Positions 60,645 to 64,000 of a stretch of 64,000 nt of DNA are shown here, piece after piece (positions within the stretch are counted from its first letter, which is position 1; every line of letters starts with the position of its first letter). The position numbers and the translations under genes were made by a program. The stretch is from Gammaproteobacteria bacterium. GTDB taxonomy: Bacteria; Pseudomonadota; Gammaproteobacteria; UBA4575. The DNA is taken from NCBI GenBank assembly GCA_965221955.1, contig CBDCTA010000004.1:85452-149451 (forward strand). The letters run 5' to 3'. The notes under the pieces were generated by a model. That model saw nothing but the letters and a program-made list of their open reading frames with translations. It did no database searches and was not told the DNA's origin.

Positions 60645-61518
60645 TTATTCACTAAGCAATTGCTTTCTTGATTGACTTAACAGCTCGCGTTCTTCTTCAT
60701 CAAGCGTGGGATATTTCAGATCTAAGCTCTCCAATGTTTTTTCAACAATCTTAGCAACACTGTATCGCATATAAGGTTTATCATCAGCGGGAATTGCATA
60801 CCATGGTGCCCATGATTTAGAAGTTGCAGACAACGCTTCTTCGTAGGCCTGCATATAATCTTCCCAACATTTACGCTCTTTCAAATCACCATGCGACCAT
60901 TTCCAATTTTTTTCTTGCGTATCGATACGAGCTAAGAAACGATTTTTTTTGTTCATCTTTAGAAACATTCAGCCAAAATTTAACTACTATTGTCCCATTT
61001 CGAGCTAAGTGTTTTTCCATATCTTGTATAGATTCATAACGCTTATGCCAAATTGTTTTATGGTCAATTTTATCTGGAAGATTTTGATAATTTAATATTT
61101 CAGGATGCACACGAACTACTAGTACTTCTTCATAGTAGCTGCGATTAAATATGCCTATACGCCCTCTTTCAGGCAAACATTTATTGGTTCGCCATAAGAA
61201 ATCATGATCTAGTTCTGTGCTAGAAGGTTTTTTAAATGAAAACACCTGACATCCTGCCGGATTGACACCAGACATTACTGCACGAATAGTCGAATCCTTG
61301 CCTGCCGCATCCATCGCTTGAAATACAAGTAGCAAGGCATGCTTATCGTGTGCATAGAGGATTCTCTGCAAATCATGCAGATCTTCAATGACTTTATTTA
61401 ATTTTTTCTTGTAATCTTTTTTTGGATCAAAAGAAGCAGGTGGCTTAGATGAGATCTTCTTTAAAGAAAAACTTCCATCAAATGGCACCAGAAATTCTGA
61501 CTCAATAGCTTTGAACAT
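60645..61518 (-). CDS. ppk2: polyphosphate kinase 2 family protein, apparent frameshift in an A8 run (~60945)
   Basis: [22 protein letters not shown]; after removing one A: [22 protein letters not shown]. Confidence 0.88.
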
Positions 61519-61546
61519 AAAACTTAGAAAAAAGTATGCTTGACAC

Positions 61547-61576
61547 AAAAAAGGCCCCTTAGAAAACTAAGGAGCC
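61547..61576 (-). terminator. intrinsic terminator
   Basis: ggccccttag-aaaa-ctaaggagcc stem with an A6 run. Confidence 0.7.
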
Positions 61577-61603
61577 CTAATTTTATTTAACGCTGCAAAT
61601 TAA

Positions 61604-63091
61604 CTAGATTTTAACGCCTAATTTTTGCAAAGTTTCAAGTGTTAATCCGCCTCGTGATAAACCATTTTTTCTTTGAAAAGCTTCAACAGCAATCATAGTT
61701 TGCTTACCAATCACTCCATCAATAGTACCTGGATCATGCCCTGCTTTTTTCAAAGCACGCTGAATATCAGTGATCTTTGTGCCACTCATATTGGTTTCAC
61801 ACAACACAGGCCTCCATTGCATAGACTCTTCAGAAACTTTCACTTTTCTGGAAACAACTTGAGTTTTAGCAGGAATTTCTATTTTCTTTTCAGTTGCAGG
61901 AGAAGCTAGTTTGCGCTTTTTAACTACTTTATATTCAGCTGGAACATCAACGATTTTAGTTGTAGCTGGAGTTTTAACTTTCTTTTGTTTAACAGTTTTA
62001 TACACTGCTGGAACTTCCTTTAGACATAAAGTTGAACCAGTAGCTTTTCCATTGCCGCCTACACTACTGCCTTTTAGTGCCCACATGACTTTTTCATCTG
62101 AGGTTTTAATTCGCTTGGTTACGGTTTCGTAAGTAGCAGGAATCTCAATCTTCTTTTCCTTAGAAGGCGTCACAAGCTTGCGAACTTTTTCTACTTTATA
62201 TTCGGCAGGAATATCTACTTTCTTAGTTGAAGATGGGCTTTTAAGCACACGTTTACTTACTGTTTTATAAACCGCAGGAATTTCAACAAGACACATTATT
62301 TCGCCAGTACTACCATCAAGTCTTTCAACAGGGCCTCGACCTTTTTTCCATTCGGTAGTAGCCGGTTTAACTAAAACCTTTTCAGTTACAGTTTCATACA
62401 TTGCAGGAACTTCAATCAGTTTAGAAGAAGCTTCTTTAACGAGAACTTTCTCTTCAGATAATTCATATTTCGCTGGAATGACTTCGATTTTATGTGACGC
62501 TTCTGATTTCAAAACTTTTTGAGTTTCAGTTTTATACTGCGCAGGAATATGATACTCAGCATAGCAACCACCGACTTTAGCATCAGCAAGATTCAAACCA
62601 TTTGCTACAGCACCTGCTAACGTTGAAGCATTAGCACGCCCAGCTTTTTTACCCGTACCACGAGTCCAAATTTTTTCTGCAGGACTCACTAAAACTTTTT
62701 CAGTTACATTTTCATAAGTTGCGGGTACTGGAATTAATTTCTTAGATGCCTCTTTTACAAGAACTTTCTCTTCGCCCCATTCATATTTCGCTGGGATAAT
62801 TTCAATTTTAGAAGAAGCCTCTTTAACCGTTACGGTTTGTGATTCAGTTTTGTACTGAGCAGGAATGATCACTTTTGCGTAACATTCGCCTGCTTTTGCA
62901 TTGGGCAAAGCTGACGATGCATCATCTATGGTGGCACCAACCACTTTTTTCACTGTGGATGCCGCAGCACTGCCTGCTTCTTTTACCATCTCTCCAGCTT
63001 CTTTCATCGCATGATTATCAGCCAAAAGTGCATAGGAACTAGCCAGCAAGGTGATGGACGTAACTGTAGTGAAAATTCTTTTAATTTTCAT
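61604..63091 (-). CDS. exported repeat protein (23-aa PAxY repeats) with C-terminal peptidoglycan-binding domain
   Basis: Signal peptide; many IPAxYxTxxxxV units; IQRALKKAGHDPGTIDGVIG..T..A..AFQ. Confidence 0.85.
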   Translation of the reverse strand: MKIKRIFTTVTSITLLASSYALLADNHAMKEAGEMVKEAGSAAASTVKKVVGATIDDASSALPNAKAGECYAKVIIPAQYKTESQTVTVKEASSKIEIIPAKYEWGEEKVLVKEASKKLIPVPATYENVTEKVLVSPAEKIWTRGTGKKAGRANASTLAGAVANGLNLADAKVGGCYAEYHIPAQYKTETQKVLKSEASHKIEVIPAKYELSEEKVLVKEASSKLIEVPAMYETVTEKVLVKPATTEWKKGRGPVERLDGSTGEIMCLVEIPAVYKTVSKRVLKSPSSTKKVDIPAEYKVEKVRKLVTPSKEKKIEIPATYETVTKRIKTSDEKVMWALKGSSVGGNGKATGSTLCLKEVPAVYKTVKQKKVKTPATTKIVDVPAEYKVVKKRKLASPATEKKIEIPAKTQVVSRKVKVSEESMQWRPVLCETNMSGTKITDIQRALKKAGHDPGTIDGVIGKQTMIAVEAFQRKNGLSRGGLTLETLQKLGVKI

Positions 63092-63274
63092 CGACTTCTC
63101 CATTAAAGTTAATCTAATTAATTGTATTTCTACTGTTCAACAGTATTTGTATATGACAATGCGGCCATTCTATTCGATTTACTGTTTGCATGTGAAGTAA
63201 TTTACGCCAAAAACATTGCGGTTGTTTATGTCGTAACAATTCGTATTTCGTTGTTTAACTACTGCAAGTCGCAA

Positions 63275-64000
63275 TTATGATCCACAATATTTTTTTCTTA
63301 CTTCAAGAGCTTCAGGCATCCATGCATTCAATTGTCGAATGCGTGTTTCATGACTTGGATGAGTAGACATAAATTCTGATGGTTGGCCACCTTTACCTTT
63401 ACTAAATTCTCCCATTCTCACCCAGATCTCAGGTGCTTCGCGTGGATCAAAGCAAGCCCTAGCCAAATAGATTAAGCCCATATAATCTGCTTCAGATTCA
63501 TGCTTTCTTGAGAAAGGTAGCAATACGCCATATTGAGCTCCCATCCCAAGCGCCCCCATGATCATTTTTTGTGTACCAACATCCATAGAGCCAAGCGCCA
63601 TTCCTGCAGCCATACTGCCATATTGAACGAGCTTTTGATGTGCCATACGCTCGGCTCCATGTCTTGCAATGGCATGTGCAATTTCATGCCCCATTACAGC
63701 ACTTAAGCCATCAACGTTTTGTACAATTGGTAATATACCCGTGTAGACTGCAACTTTACCTCCTGGTAAAGCAAAAGCATTCGCTTGTTCAGAATCAATA
63801 ACATTGAATTCCCATTCAAACCCAGGATCCTGATCAATCACCTTTGCCAAGCGATAACCAATTTCGCGAACTAAATCCACAGCTTGCCCGGAACGTAATA
63901 CATTCGATTCAGAAAGAATTTGTTGGTAGCTCTGCAAGCCCAATGCCATTTCTTGCTCATGCGTAATATCGATAAGCTGGGAACGTCCCGTCATAGCCAC
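63275..64000 (-). CDS. M48-family zinc metallopeptidase (5'-truncated by window)
   Basis: NAFALPGG, HEIAH, ESEAD, STHPS. Confidence 0.92.
   Translation of the reverse strand: MAMTGRSQLIDITHEQEMALGLQSYQQILSESNVLRSGQAVDLVREIGYRLAKVIDQDPGFEWEFNVIDSEQANAFALPGGKVAVYTGILPIVQNVDGLSAVMGHEIAHAIARHGAERMAHQKLVQYGSMAAGMALGSMDVGTQKMIMGALGMGAQYGVLLPFSRKHESEADYMGLIYLARACFDPREAPEIWVRMGEFSKGKGGQPSEFMSTHPSHETRIRQLNAWMPEALEVRKKYCGS

Overview
AT-rich gammaproteobacterial chromosomal window, judged from gene order and the tmRNA tag ANDDNYALAA. From left to right it holds: the 3' end of a type II secretion operon (gspJKLMN); tRNA-Ala and gltX; a tightly packed HEAT-repeat Ser/Thr kinase - PilT - PilT - retropepsin - cyclase/FHA run; and glyA-nrdR-ribD-(BPH/HslV-like protease)-ribE-ribH-nusB-thiL-pgpA followed by purL and tmRNA (23831-24187). 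Next is a ~12.6 kb integrase-less accessory tract ending in a copy of the tmRNA 3' end. It looks like three stacked cargo modules (porin/FMN-bind-like/GGDEF-EAL; methyltransferase; Cus-type copper efflux with a probable RPP arrest-peptide leader), each starting with a degenerate ~50 bp repeat. Further right are an aminotransferase, a 5-oxoprolinase, a compact biosynthetic cluster (heme-oxygenase-like diiron oxidase, methyltransferase, adenylation-ACP-hydrolase), a carnosine-methyltransferase-like protein with a PqqD-like tail, an exported heme-c/LamG/Tat trio, and assorted envelope and housekeeping genes. Several genes (gspK, thiL, the GGDEF-EAL gene, the FMN-bind-like gene, ppk2) are split by single-base frameshifts, mostly in homopolymers, which are probably long-read errors. 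No CRISPR array, integrase or transposase was seen. All family assignments come from motif recognition by eye; no searches were run.
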